From Trueperaceae bacterium (GTDB taxonomy: Bacteria; Deinococcota; Deinococci; Deinococcales; Trueperaceae): 64,000 nt of DNA. The translations under genes were made by a program, and so were the position numbers. The DNA is taken from contig CBDCDZ010000004.1 in NCBI GenBank assembly GCA_965215565.1, positions 3,616,001 to 3,680,000 of the forward strand, written 5' to 3'. How positions within the stretch are numbered: position 1 is the first letter of the stretch; the number at the start of each line of letters is the position of its first letter. Positions 20,784-30,169 of the stretch are shown here, piece by piece. The notes beneath the pieces were generated by a model. It was not told the origin of the DNA. It worked only from the letters and a program-made list of their open reading frames with translations, and made no database searches.

Positions 20784-20967
20784 ACCTTTTATCTTAATCG
20801 GAATGGTTCTGAAAGAGTGTCATGGGGGTGTCACAGAGAGGTCTCAGCCGTCAGGCTAGCGGGATGTCATCTTTCAACAGACGCAACCAGTTGAAAACGC
20901 GCCGCAGCATCAGGAAGCATTTCAGCCTGTCAGCAGGTCAGGAAAACCCAAAAACCTGAGCGGCTGA

Positions 20968-21561
20968 CTAACTGAAAACCTCTCTACCCCTCGCCCACTC
21001 GAGCAACCTCTTCGCCGCTCGCCCCCTATGACTCACGCGCCGCTTCTCCTCACTCGTCGCCTCGGCGAAGCCCTTCTCTAAGTCGTGGCTGTAGAAGACG
21101 GGGTCGTAGCCGAAGCCTCCTCGACCTCTTGGTAAAAAGAGAATCTCACCCTCACAGACGCCTTCAAACGAGTTGACCTCTCCTCTTGGCGAAATCAGCA
21201 CGAGGCTGCAAACGAAGCGTGCGCCGCGCTCGCCCTCGGGTACGTCACGCAGGTTGTCGAGGAGATAGGTGACGCGCTCCTCCGAGGAGAGAGTGCCGCC
21301 GAACCTAGCGGAGTAGAGCCCTGGCTCACCGTTCAAGGCGTCTACTTCTAAGCCGGAATCGTCAGCCAGCGCAAAAGCGTCGGTTTGACCTGCGACGTGC
21401 TCGGCTTTAATGAGGGCGTTTTCCCTGTAGCTGTGACCCGTCTCTTCGGGAAAATCCGTCACGCCCACCTCTTTCGCGGAGATGACTCCCGTACCAAGTT
21501 CAGCCAGTATCTCCCGAAACTCCGCGACTTTCCCCTCGTTGCCCGTCGCTAAAACGATCAC
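20968..21561 (-). CDS. rdgB: dITP/XTP pyrophosphatase
   Basis: ATGNEGK, ADDSGL, PGLYSARF, GFGYDPVF, SHRG. Confidence 0.95.
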   Translation of the reverse strand: MIVLATGNEGKVAEFREILAELGTGVISAKEVGVTDFPEETGHSYRENALIKAEHVAGQTDAFALADDSGLEVDALNGEPGLYSARFGGTLSSEERVTYLLDNLRDVPEGERGARFVCSLVLISPRGEVNSFEGVCEGEILFLPRGRGGFGYDPVFYSHDLEKGFAEATSEEKRRVSHRGRAAKRLLEWARGREVFS

Positions 21562-22301
21562 CCTAAGTCCCCGCGGATAGACGCAAAGATGTGTTGCACG
21601 GCGGTGATGCCCGAGGCGACGAGTTGCACGTACGTTTCAGCGGGAATCGGCTTCTCTTCGCCGCCGCCTTGCACCTCAACGAGTTGCCCGTCGGCGGTGG
21701 CGACGACGTTTAAGTCCACCTCGGCGCGGCTGTCTTCGGCGTACTCTAAGTCGACGAGTGAAACCCCCTCGACGACGCCGACGCTCACAGCGCCGAGTTC
21801 GTGCGTGAGGGGCCACTCGTCTAAGCTCCCTTTGCGGATGAGCTTATTCGCCGCGTCGTGCAGCGCGGCGTAGCCCGCTAGGATGCCTGCGCAGCGCGTG
21901 CCGCCGTCCGCTTCGATCACGTCGATATCCACTGTCAGAGTTTTGCCGTTGAAGAGTGAAAGGTCTGTTACACTGCGCAGCGAACGTCCGATGAGCCGCT
22001 GAATCTCTTGGGTGCGCCCGCCCGAATAGAGGCGTTCGCGCTGTACTCGCTCGGGCGTGCTGCGCGGCAAGAGGGCGTACTCGGCGTTGAGCCAGCCGCT
22101 TTTATTGCCCTTGCCACGCAGGTGCGGCGGCAACTTGCTCTCCACCGTCACGGTAGCGAGCACGCGGTTATGTCCCCATTCGATCAGCGCGGAGCCCTCA
22201 GCGTGGCGGCTATAGCTGGGCGTGAGCACGATATCGCGGAGTTGTTGCGGACCTCTGTCCGGGCGCACGGTGCGCGCTCGTTCGGTTCCTTTTGTGGTCA
22301 T
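21558..22301 (-). CDS. rph: Ribonuclease PH
   Basis: AEGSA, AEYALLPRST, GRTQEIQRLIGRSLR, ADGGTR, DLEYAED. Confidence 0.96.
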   Translation of the reverse strand: MTTKGTERARTVRPDRGPQQLRDIVLTPSYSRHAEGSALIEWGHNRVLATVTVESKLPPHLRGKGNKSGWLNAEYALLPRSTPERVQRERLYSGGRTQEIQRLIGRSLRSVTDLSLFNGKTLTVDIDVIEADGGTRCAGILAGYAALHDAANKLIRKGSLDEWPLTHELGAVSVGVVEGVSLVDLEYAEDSRAEVDLNVVATADGQLVEVQGGGEEKPIPAETYVQLVASGITAVQHIFASIRGDLG

Positions 22302-22568
22302 CGCGCTGCCAACCTAATCATCCGAGCTACTAACCTATCTGTCGGTCTATAGCGGAACGCTAGCAGATATGAAGGGCGGAGAGGCTGAGGCTCCGACAAT
22401 GTCAGAGTACATAAAGCGTACATGGTCTTAGCCTATCACTTGAAGGTTCATCTTTAGCTCGGCGCACTTCCCTTCTCGGGTAGTGGCTCCGTCTGGAATG
22501 ACACGGACGTCAAAGCAAGGGGTTTCAACCCCTCAGTCGGCGCGTTAAGGCGGCGGAAGGACTAGGCG

Positions 22569-22699
22569 TAGCACTTTCAGAATATATTGAGAAAAATAGA
22601 CGCGGATCTCAGCGAAGCTAGCGGGATTTCATCTCATGATGTGCGTGTTAGGCGGTGTTTGTTACAGCGAGAGCGTCTCTGATCAGATGATACCTACTA
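22569..22699 (+). mobile_element. MITE-like repeat family A, copy 2 (111-bp core plus 20-bp insert)
   Basis: tagcactttc...gacgcgga[tctcagcgaagctagcggga]tttcatctca...cagatgatacctacta. Confidence 0.8.
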
Positions 22700-22925
22700 G
22701 CGGTAGCATTCGAATTAAAACCACTACCCTTTCCTGAAAATTGAATTAAAACTCTGTGTGACAAATTACCCAAGTTCTCAAACGTTAAAAAGGTAACTTT
22801 GGGACTAGGAAAACGTGCTGTGTGCGTTTTTTCGCTGCGCCACTGAGGGCGTAGAGAGCATGGCGCTACGAGAATACACAGCGCATGGCGCGATTAGAGA
22901 CCGCAACTATCAGGGGAGAACCGTT

Positions 22926-24230
22926 ATGAAATCCTTTTTGAAACCCTCAACCTTTAAGCTTGCCCTCGTTACGCTTAGCTTCGTTCTACTCGCTGCTTGC
23001 AGCAGCGTCCAATCCACGCTGCCAGAAGCCACCTCACCAACTACCCCGATGACAGATGTGTATACGCACTCACTCAGTGTCGATATTGACGCCTCGAGCC
23101 TCAAAGAAAACGTCGAAGCGCGCTACAGCGGCGACGTTATCGTGTGGCGTCCCGAAGCGGGCTTTACCGTTTTGGGGCTCAGCGAGATGAGCATACTCAG
23201 CGCGCAATCTTTAGAGGGGATAGTAGTCGAACCCAACCAGGACGAAGTTGCTGCGCCCGAGGCGGAGGTGGCGGCCTCGAGCGTGTGGGGCGAGGGAAAA
23301 AATGCTTGGTCGGGAGGTAAAAACGCTTGGTCAGGCGGAGCAGGCATCACTTTAGAACCTACCCTGTCCTGGCAGAACGCCGATGCCTGGTGGCAGATTG
23401 ACCTCAAAGGCGGCTCCTCATTAGCGCCGCGCAAAGGGGCAGGCATCAAAGTCGCTGTAATCGACAGCGGTCTCGATCTAAACCATCCCGCTTTCGCCAA
23501 CCACCTCGCGCCCGAAAGCGAATGGAAAGATTTCGTTGACGGCGATACCTACCCCCAAGAGGAGCGCTCAGAGGATGGCGACAACAGCAACTATGGTCAC
23601 GGTACGGGCGTCGCGGGTGTAGTGCTGCAAGTTGCGCCCAACGCGACGATTCTGCCCTTGCGCGTGCTCGACGCTGAGGGGCTCGGTGACATCACCGACG
23701 TAGCAGCGGCGATAGACCACGCGGTTGCGGCTGGCGCAGATGTCATCAACCTCTCGCTCGGTACGGACGAAGACTCCGAAGCGCTCAACCAGATGATCGC
23801 CTACGCCGCTGAGAAGAGGATTTTTGTTATCGCTTCATCGGGCAATACGGGCGACAAAAATATCACCTATCCCGCTCGCAATGCCAAAGAGCCGAGCAAG
23901 ATGGGAGAGTACTTGCTGAGCGTCGGCAGTGCTAAGACCTACTGGGGAATACTGTCGTCCGTACTGTCTCAATTTTCCACCTACGGAGACGCTTTAGAAA
24001 TGACAGCGCCAGGTGAATATATCTATACGGCTTTTCCCGACAATCAAGTCGGTTACTGGAGTGGCACGTCGTTCTCCGCGCCGATGGTGTCGGGTACGCT
24101 CGCGCTGATGCTAGGTGAGGAAGAGGATGAAAGCCGCATCGCTGACAAGCTAGACAGTGTCGTGAGCGAAGCGAATCTGAGCTATCTGCCTCTACACGTC
24201 AAGGGGTTCGTTGACTGGGCGCTGGACTAA
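22926..24230 (+). CDS. Subtilisin-like S8 peptidase, lipoprotein
   Basis: Lipobox LAAC and catalytic triad VIDSG / HGT / GTSFS. Start at MKSFLK after GGGGAG. Confidence 0.92.
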   Translation: MKSFLKPSTFKLALVTLSFVLLAACSSVQSTLPEATSPTTPMTDVYTHSLSVDIDASSLKENVEARYSGDVIVWRPEAGFTVLGLSEMSILSAQSLEGIVVEPNQDEVAAPEAEVAASSVWGEGKNAWSGGKNAWSGGAGITLEPTLSWQNADAWWQIDLKGGSSLAPRKGAGIKVAVIDSGLDLNHPAFANHLAPESEWKDFVDGDTYPQEERSEDGDNSNYGHGTGVAGVVLQVAPNATILPLRVLDAEGLGDITDVAAAIDHAVAAGADVINLSLGTDEDSEALNQMIAYAAEKRIFVIASSGNTGDKNITYPARNAKEPSKMGEYLLSVGSAKTYWGILSSVLSQFSTYGDALEMTAPGEYIYTAFPDNQVGYWSGTSFSAPMVSGTLALMLGEEEDESRIADKLDSVVSEANLSYLPLHVKGFVDWALD

Positions 24231-26047
24231 CACTTGATTTGGTTTTTGCCGCTCCGCTTAGCCTCGTACATCTTATCGTCTGCGAAGCTGAGCATCTTTT
24301 CGTAGTCGAGCACCTTGATGTCGTCGGTGAGCCCGATGCTCGTGGTCACGCTCAAGTTGGGGTGAACGCTCTGCCAAGGATAGTCCACGACGGCTCGCCA
24401 GATTCGTTCGCAGATAAGTTTGGCGTCGCTCGCCGAGGTTTCAGGGAAGTAACCGACGAACTCCTCGCCGCCGTAACGCGCAACCGTGTCGATTTCGCGA
24501 ACGCTATCGCGCAGAAGCCGCGCTACAACTCTCAGTACCTCGTCGCCTACGCGGTGTGAGAACCTGTCGTTGATTTTCTTGAAGTTATCGAGATCGCAAA
24601 TCATCACGCTGAGGTTGAGACCGAAGCGGCGCGTGCGGGCGAACTCCTGAGCGAGTTGGATGTCGAAGTGGCGGCGGTTGTAGAGACCCGTTAGGGCGTC
24701 TTCTCGCGCTTGGCGCTCGAGCTGCTTTAGGAGTTGCGACTTCTGGTGGTTGGCGCGTTGCAGTGACTCTGTTAGGGTTCTAAGTCCCTCGTTTGCCTGC
24801 GCCAACTCGACGTTTCTGAGCCGATAAATTTCAGTTTCTTTTTCGGCTTGCTCAATCTCAAACTGGACGCGCAGACCCTGAAGCCTGAGGTCCGAACTTT
24901 CGTTGAAAACTTTGTCTTTCACTTCAATGTACTGTTGCAGGTGCTCGAACGCTTCACGAAACGCTTCTTTGTACCAGTAAGCTTCAGAGAGCGTCTCATG
25001 AGTTTTATATATGTCGGCCTGGCTGCCTACTCGTTGCGCGTTTGTGAGCGCTTCACGTAGCGTTGTGATAGCTTCATCATAGCGCCTCTCTCGTAGACGT
25101 AGCTGCGCCAGAAAAACCTGGGTTTCTGCTTTATCCTTCAGATCGCCGACTTCTTCTTTAATGACTAAGCTCTGTTCAAAAGACGCTTCAGCCTCGCGAA
25201 ACTGATACAGCTCGAGCTGCGTCAAACCTAGGTGAGTAAGAACGTTGCTCACGCCGAGACGGTCTCCCATATCGTTCATGTGCTCTAGGCTTTTGCTACC
25301 ATAGCTGCGTGCCTGCTCATAACTGCCAAGCTTGAGATAGGTGCGCCCAGTGTGGAACAGGCTAAGAGCCTGTGTGTACCTCTCTTGCATCGCCTCACTA
25401 ATCTTCAGACTTTGCAGAAAGTACTCGAGTGCTTCGCTGTAGCGCCTACGTTCGTAGTAAACTGCGCCTACATTGATGAGCGCCTCAACCTCACCCCTGC
25501 GATTGTCAAGTGCTCTAAAAAAACGCAGACTTCGTAAATGATAATCTAAGGCGTTGGCATAATCACCGATAAACGCATAAATCGTACCTATATTATTGAG
25601 TGTACCTGCCTCGCCTTGCCTATCACCCAGTTCAGCGCAGAGCTTCTGCGCCTCTAAAAAGACTTTGAGCGCCCCCAAGAGGTCGCCCGAGTCGCCGTAG
25701 ATGATGCCTAAGGTATTGAGCGAGCGTTGCAACCCCTCTCTATCCCCAAGCTGCTCAAAAAAGGCTCGAGCCTCCGCCACATTTGCAAGCGCCTCGTCGA
25801 GTTCCGAGAGGCGCATCTGGCAGTAGCCTTTGGTGAGGAGACTGTGGGCGAGACCGTGCGTGTGCCGCAATTCCCTGGCTAGCGCGTGCGCCTCTTCGCT
25901 CAGCCCTAAGGCCCGCCTCGTGTCCACGCGCCGCAACTCCCAAGCGAGTTCACCGAGGAGGTCTAGGCGAGTCGCAGAGCTTTCCTCTGCGACTTGCGCT
26001 AGGCTGATCTCTAGGTTCTTGACGCGCTCGACTTGCTCGGCATTCAT
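24227..26047 (-). CDS. TPR-repeat diguanylate cyclase
   Basis: TPR repeats, DALTGLYNRR, FKKINDRFSH, RYGGEEF. Confidence 0.92.
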   Translation of the reverse strand: MNAEQVERVKNLEISLAQVAEESSATRLDLLGELAWELRRVDTRRALGLSEEAHALARELRHTHGLAHSLLTKGYCQMRLSELDEALANVAEARAFFEQLGDREGLQRSLNTLGIIYGDSGDLLGALKVFLEAQKLCAELGDRQGEAGTLNNIGTIYAFIGDYANALDYHLRSLRFFRALDNRRGEVEALINVGAVYYERRRYSEALEYFLQSLKISEAMQERYTQALSLFHTGRTYLKLGSYEQARSYGSKSLEHMNDMGDRLGVSNVLTHLGLTQLELYQFREAEASFEQSLVIKEEVGDLKDKAETQVFLAQLRLRERRYDEAITTLREALTNAQRVGSQADIYKTHETLSEAYWYKEAFREAFEHLQQYIEVKDKVFNESSDLRLQGLRVQFEIEQAEKETEIYRLRNVELAQANEGLRTLTESLQRANHQKSQLLKQLERQAREDALTGLYNRRHFDIQLAQEFARTRRFGLNLSVMICDLDNFKKINDRFSHRVGDEVLRVVARLLRDSVREIDTVARYGGEEFVGYFPETSASDAKLICERIWRAVVDYPWQSVHPNLSVTTSIGLTDDIKVLDYEKMLSFADDKMYEAKRSGKNQIKC

Positions 26048-26286
26048 GTGGTATTCATTGCCCCTCACTCCACAGTGTATCTCGCTTTGCGCAAGAATGA
26101 AAGCTCGAAAACTCGGGTGCTGCGCAAGGTCCAACATCGGATCAGAAAGAAGAGGTGAGTAGGCTCGTCCGACGTTTAAGGCAAAGCTCCGCTGCCCCCC
26201 TTACTCCCTTACTTAACGTTCTAGCTCGAGATGTTCCTTCCAACAGCCTCAATGGGTCTACACCGGTTTACGATGTACCTGACCGC

Positions 26287-26340
26287 TTGACAGAGACACA
26301 CATCGTTATCTATACTGAGCTTACCTTAATAAATAAGGTA
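26287..26340 (+). promoter_or_regulatory. lexA promoter and candidate operator palindrome
   Basis: TTGACA-18 nt-TATACT, then TACCTTA-ataaa-TAAGGTA (26322-26340) over the likely +1. Confidence 0.65.
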
Positions 26341-26379
26341 GTCAATGATGAGACCAAAGAGGGAGAGTAGAAACGAGCT

Positions 26380-26994
26380 ATGACCCAGTTACCCAAGATG
26401 CAGCGCAAGGTCTACGAGCGAATCTGCGAGCACAAGTCGCGAACAGGCACGTGCCCTGAACTCGCCGTTTTCGCGCGTGAGCTTAACATCCACTACGTGT
26501 CGCTCAAGCAGCATCTCGAGGCGCTCCACAAAAAGGGTTATCTGGTCTTCGAAAGCCGGGGTAGAGGGCAGTCGCCGAGGCTCGAGCTGCCTGCCAGAGC
26601 CACGGGCGTGCCCGTCTTAGGTAGCATCCCTGCAGGTCCTTTGAGCGAGGCGTTAGCCGAGCCTGAGGGTTACTTGCCGCTCCACGACGGACAGAGTAAC
26701 TTCGCCCTGCGCGTTTCGGGCGACTCGATGGCTGACCTTATTCAAGACGGTGACGTGGTGGTCTTCAAGAAAGGCGTGCCTATGCGCAGCGGCGAAATCT
26801 GCGCGGTGCGCGTCGGCAACAGCGAGGTTACGCTAAAGTACCTCGACAAGCTCGACCCTAAAACTGTGGCGCTGAGACCTCACAATCCGCGGTACCCGAC
26901 GCTTTCGGTGGACGCGCGAGAGGTGCATATCGAAGGGATTTACTTGGGTCTTGTGCGCGGTGAACTGCTCAGTTCGCTCTATGAGGAGGTGTGA
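26380..26994 (+). CDS. lexA: LexA-family repressor
   Basis: N-terminal wHTH, Ala-Gly cleavage site IPAG, catalytic Ser in GDSM, Lys in TLK. Confidence 0.88.
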   Translation: MTQLPKMQRKVYERICEHKSRTGTCPELAVFARELNIHYVSLKQHLEALHKKGYLVFESRGRGQSPRLELPARATGVPVLGSIPAGPLSEALAEPEGYLPLHDGQSNFALRVSGDSMADLIQDGDVVVFKKGVPMRSGEICAVRVGNSEVTLKYLDKLDPKTVALRPHNPRYPTLSVDAREVHIEGIYLGLVRGELLSSLYEEV

Positions 26995-27246
26995 ATTGGC
27001 GTAAAACCGTTTTGAAGAGCGCAGATATCCTCACCGAATGAACGAGCCAACGCAACACTTCACTGAGTGAGATCGTCGGTAATCAGATAATACCCGCTGC
27101 GTATGTAGAGATTCCTCTCAAAAGCGGATTTCCAAAGCTCAAGCCCGCGCCCCATCCGCCAAGAGTTGCGCGAGCCCACGCCTTGTCAATCTAGCTCACA
27201 CCCGTTGTCACGAGTTGTTGTAACGGGACTAAAGGAGAACTAGCTC

Positions 27247-27618
27247 ATGAACTATCCTGCACGTATCTTTAGGGATTTGTCAAGTGTTTGGCAAAGGGAC
27301 GCCGCAAGTGGGCGCGTCGACAGCTTAGCCGCTGAACTCACCGCTTGCGTCGCCGCGCAAGGCGCGCTCTGCTTAGGTGTCATCCGCGCCGAGGCGGTAC
27401 CCAAATATTACGGTCTCGTTTACCTCTTAGACAGCTACGGCATCTTGCTGCGCAAGCGTCATAGAAAAGAGGGGGGCGTGCTCGTCTTCGCTGAGGTCAA
27501 GCAAGAGGTAGCGTCCGAATTTGCAGGCGCGGTGGTCTTCGAGCGCACCTTAGCACCCTCTGAAGCTGCCGTAACGCTCAGCCAGAGCACCGAGAGAGAA
27601 TTCGCGCAGGCCGCGTAG
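27247..27618 (+). CDS. Hypothetical protein (123 aa)
   Basis: AAGGAG RBS, co-oriented and closely spaced with the Rad52-like gene. Confidence 0.7.
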   Translation: MNYPARIFRDLSSVWQRDAASGRVDSLAAELTACVAAQGALCLGVIRAEAVPKYYGLVYLLDSYGILLRKRHRKEGGVLVFAEVKQEVASEFAGAVVFERTLAPSEAAVTLSQSTEREFAQAA

Positions 27619-27629
27619 GGAGGGTTGAG

Positions 27630-28310
27630 ATGAATATGAGCACAGACTTGACCTGGGAAACATTGTTAGAAAAACTTGCGCAACCCTTCCCGGCGTCTTC
27701 CATCTACTGGCGGGCGGGCGTCGTGAGCCGTGACAAAAAGCGGGCGCAAGCGCTGCCTTACGCCGAGCCGCGCGTGTACGAAGACCGCCTCAACAGCGTC
27801 TGTCCCGGTCTCTGGAGCGTGTCGTTTCGTCCCTGGGGGGAGTCGCGCATCATCTGTGACCTTTCTATTGGCGAGCTGACGCGCGCGTCAACAGGTGAAG
27901 AAAACGAGGGTTTCGCGCCCGGCACAGCGGCGGAGGCGCAGGCGTTCAAGCGGGCCTGCGTGAAGTTCGGTCTAGGGCGCTACCTCTACGACGTGCCGAT
28001 CATCTGGGTGCCTTACGACGAGAAGGCGCGCAAACTCTCCGAAACGCCGTCGCTACCCGAAAAGTTTTTGCCCCGGAGCAAACAGAGCGCGCCGCACACC
28101 CTCTCCGAAGGACGCGCCGTCGCCATGCGCCGCGAACTGGAGAAGCTAGGGCTGAAGGAGCGCGAGCAGTACCGGCTCGCCGCCGACGTGCTCGGTCATG
28201 ATATAGCGGCGTTCACCGCGCTCACCGAAGCCGAGGCGCTAGAGGTCTGGAACGTCGCCAAGCGTGCGCACGTGGCGCGAAACGGTATGTCGGCGCAGCG
28301 AGCGGCGTGA
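27630..28310 (+). CDS. ddrA: Rad52/Rad22-family ssDNA annealing protein (DdrA-like)
   Basis: LAQPFP, EDRLNSVCPGLW, AFKRACVKFGLGRYLYD. Confidence 0.8.
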   Translation: MNMSTDLTWETLLEKLAQPFPASSIYWRAGVVSRDKKRAQALPYAEPRVYEDRLNSVCPGLWSVSFRPWGESRIICDLSIGELTRASTGEENEGFAPGTAAEAQAFKRACVKFGLGRYLYDVPIIWVPYDEKARKLSETPSLPEKFLPRSKQSAPHTLSEGRAVAMRRELEKLGLKEREQYRLAADVLGHDIAAFTALTEAEALEVWNVAKRAHVARNGMSAQRAA

Positions 28311-28477
28311 CGGGCACCCTTACGGCTGAACCTCACGAGCGCGAATACCTCTACCGGTGCCCCAAGTGCAAACGGCGCGTAACGGTGCTACTCGAGAACG
28401 TCGCCGTGAGTTGTAGCCGCTGCGGTCGGGTGATGAAGTGCGTCGACACTCGAGCTGAGCGGAGACATATAGCTTAG
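28307..28477 (+). CDS. Small zinc-ribbon protein (56 aa)
   Basis: Below the ORF-track cutoff. GTG overlaps the upstream TGA. YRCPKC...CSRCG. Confidence 0.65.
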   Translation: MTGTLTAEPHEREYLYRCPKCKRRVTVLLENVAVSCSRCGRVMKCVDTRAERRHIA

Positions 28478-28529
28478 CTACTGACCAGGAAGAAGCGTAT
28501 CAGCTACAAGGCTAATGGGTGGATAGAGG

Positions 28530-28570
28530 AGAGGCTCGAGCGGCGCACCGTTAAAGCTCGAGCCTCTTTC
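28530..28570 (+). terminator. 12-bp stem-loop, possible terminator
   Basis: AGAGGCTCGAGC...GCTCGAGCCTCT followed by only a short T run. Confidence 0.4.
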
Positions 28571-28621
28571 AACCGACACCCTGTAAAGACGGAGTTAAAC
28601 AACATTAATGGGAAGGACGGC

Positions 28622-28885
28622 GTGAATACCGGACTTATTCTTATAACCTGCCCGCACTGTGACGGCGAAGGGGGCGAGGAGTACGCGGCGGGTCCAGGCT
28701 ACCGGGCGCATCATTCTGGCGGCTATCTCCCCTTCGAACACACCCATTTGTGCGAGGTGTGCGAGGGCGCGGGCGAAGTAGAGGCGTGCGCCTACTGTTT
28801 GGAACCTTTAGAGGTCTTGCGCGGCGAAGAGGTATGCGGCTGCGCCGCGCTGAGCGTAGCGGCGGACGTGCGGCGAGCTGCGTAG
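28622..28885 (+). CDS. Cys-rich protein with DnaJ-type CxxCxGxG motifs
   Basis: CPHCDGEG, CEVCEGAG, CAYC, CGC. Confidence 0.65.
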   Translation: MNTGLILITCPHCDGEGGEEYAAGPGYRAHHSGGYLPFEHTHLCEVCEGAGEVEACAYCLEPLEVLRGEEVCGCAALSVAADVRRAA

Positions 28886-28890
28886 AAGCA

Positions 28891-29745
28891 TTAGGGCGCG
28901 CGCTGCTTGAGCTGGTCTGAGACGTCTTGGGCTAGCTCGCGCCCTAGCTCTGCCGCCTCGCTCGCCTCGCCTGCAATCTCTGCCTGAATGACGAGGTCGC
29001 CCGTCATATCGGTCACTGCGCCGAAGAGGTTTAGATCGCCCTCCGGGGTGACGCTGGCGAGGGCACCTAGCGCGTAGGACGAGGCGCTCTCCAGTGCTCC
29101 GACAAAGCTCCGCTCGGCGCGGACGCGGTCGAAGCTGGGGCGGTGCTGGAGGGTGTAGGCGAGGTCGACTGCAAGGTCATCGTCCTCTTTGACCACCAAA
29201 CCGAGCGAACCCTGCCCGGCGGCTGGCGCGAAGATGGCGGGCTCTAAGAGCGCGTTGATGCGTTCTCTGCGCTCGAGTTGCAGCAGATTTGCGCTCGCCA
29301 TGACGAGCGCGTCTACCTCGCCTGTGGCGAGCAGCGACAACGTCGTGTCGACGTCGCCGGAGACTATCTTGACCTCGATATCTTTACGGTTAGCGAGTAA
29401 AAAGGCGCGGTCACGCGGGGCGTGAACGCCCACCACGCTACCCGCTGCTAGCGACGCTAAATCCCTGCCTACCCGGTTGACTAAGGCGGCGCGGGGCTCG
29501 AGCCTCTTCGTCACGGCGGCGAGCATGAGACCGCCCGGCAGAGTTGGCGGCAGTCCTTCCAAACTTTGCAAGGCGATGTTGATGCGTCCGGCTGAAAGCG
29601 CGTTTAGAAGGTCATTCACGCCGCCCTGTACGGTCTTTTGGATGATGTTGACGTCAGGCCAGCCCTCGCTCAGCTCGGCGAGGACCCCCCGCGCTTGCGG
29701 CAGCGCTAAGATGCCACCCCGGTTGCCCAGAACGATTCTAGGCAT
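28891..29745 (-). CDS. HemC paralog lacking catalytic residues
   Basis: HemC-like fold motifs (PAAGQGSLG, AERSF), but HSxKD reads QSLEG, GTSSxRR reads GVHAPRD, and there is no cofactor Cys. Confidence 0.75.
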   Translation of the reverse strand: MPRIVLGNRGGILALPQARGVLAELSEGWPDVNIIQKTVQGGVNDLLNALSAGRINIALQSLEGLPPTLPGGLMLAAVTKRLEPRAALVNRVGRDLASLAAGSVVGVHAPRDRAFLLANRKDIEVKIVSGDVDTTLSLLATGEVDALVMASANLLQLERRERINALLEPAIFAPAAGQGSLGLVVKEDDDLAVDLAYTLQHRPSFDRVRAERSFVGALESASSYALGALASVTPEGDLNLFGAVTDMTGDLVIQAEIAGEASEAAELGRELAQDVSDQLKQRAP

Positions 29746-29924
29746 GGGGTGTCGAGGTTTTGTAGTGTTGTGACTGGTGAGGCGCTCTGTCAGATACATG
29801 AGTAAACGTATAGCTAAACACACAGCATTTTACAGCAAATGCGCGGCAGGCGCTACAGACCGTCACTTCGCGAGATGTCCCTCAAAGCCTTGTGATAACG
29901 TTTCCGGTTAATTCCTTTAGGAAT

Positions 29925-30089
29925 TAACCCGAGTAAAGAGTTTTCAACCGATGGTAACATCAACGAATAGCCAGTACGAGCCGTTTACAATGGCATGATA
30001 CGCAGTCGCGTGGACCCTAGAACGGGCAAAGCCCGCCCCGTTGGGGCTAGTTCGCTCCCGCTAGCGGTTGAGGACTCTCTAACGAGTTA
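29925..30089. mobile_element. TA-flanked MITE-like element, family C (single copy here)
   Basis: Imperfect terminal inverted repeats taacccgagtaaagagttttcaaccg / cggttgaggactctctaacgagtta. Contains a branched hairpin at 30017-30053. Confidence 0.5.
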
Positions 30090-30096
30090 AAAAAAC

Positions 30097-30159
30097 TACG
30101 GATTCCGATGATTACGGAAGAAACGAAGGAGTTCAGGTAGTAATTAATCGGAATCCGTA
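30097..30159. mobile_element. TA-flanked MITE-like element, family B, short copy
   Basis: TIRs tacggattccgatgattac / gtaattaatcggaatccgta. Second copy at 43415-43568. Confidence 0.75.
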
Positions 30160-30169
30160 TGACCTCTTG

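Noticed and set aside
22455..22560. c-di-GMP-I riboswitch
   Set aside because: Only a partial GACG.CAAAGC resemblance. The GGCAAAC and GAAA tetraloop elements are missing.
23295..23337. 21-bp tandem repeat (GKNAWSG) in the subtilase gene as a mobile or contingency repeat
   Set aside because: It is an in-frame, synonymously diverged repeat in the propeptide linker, i.e. a protein-level feature.
26995..27629. RDRM (DdrO box) upstream of the ddrA-like gene
   Set aside because: No convincing 17-bp TTATG-N7-CATAA-like palindrome seen by eye.
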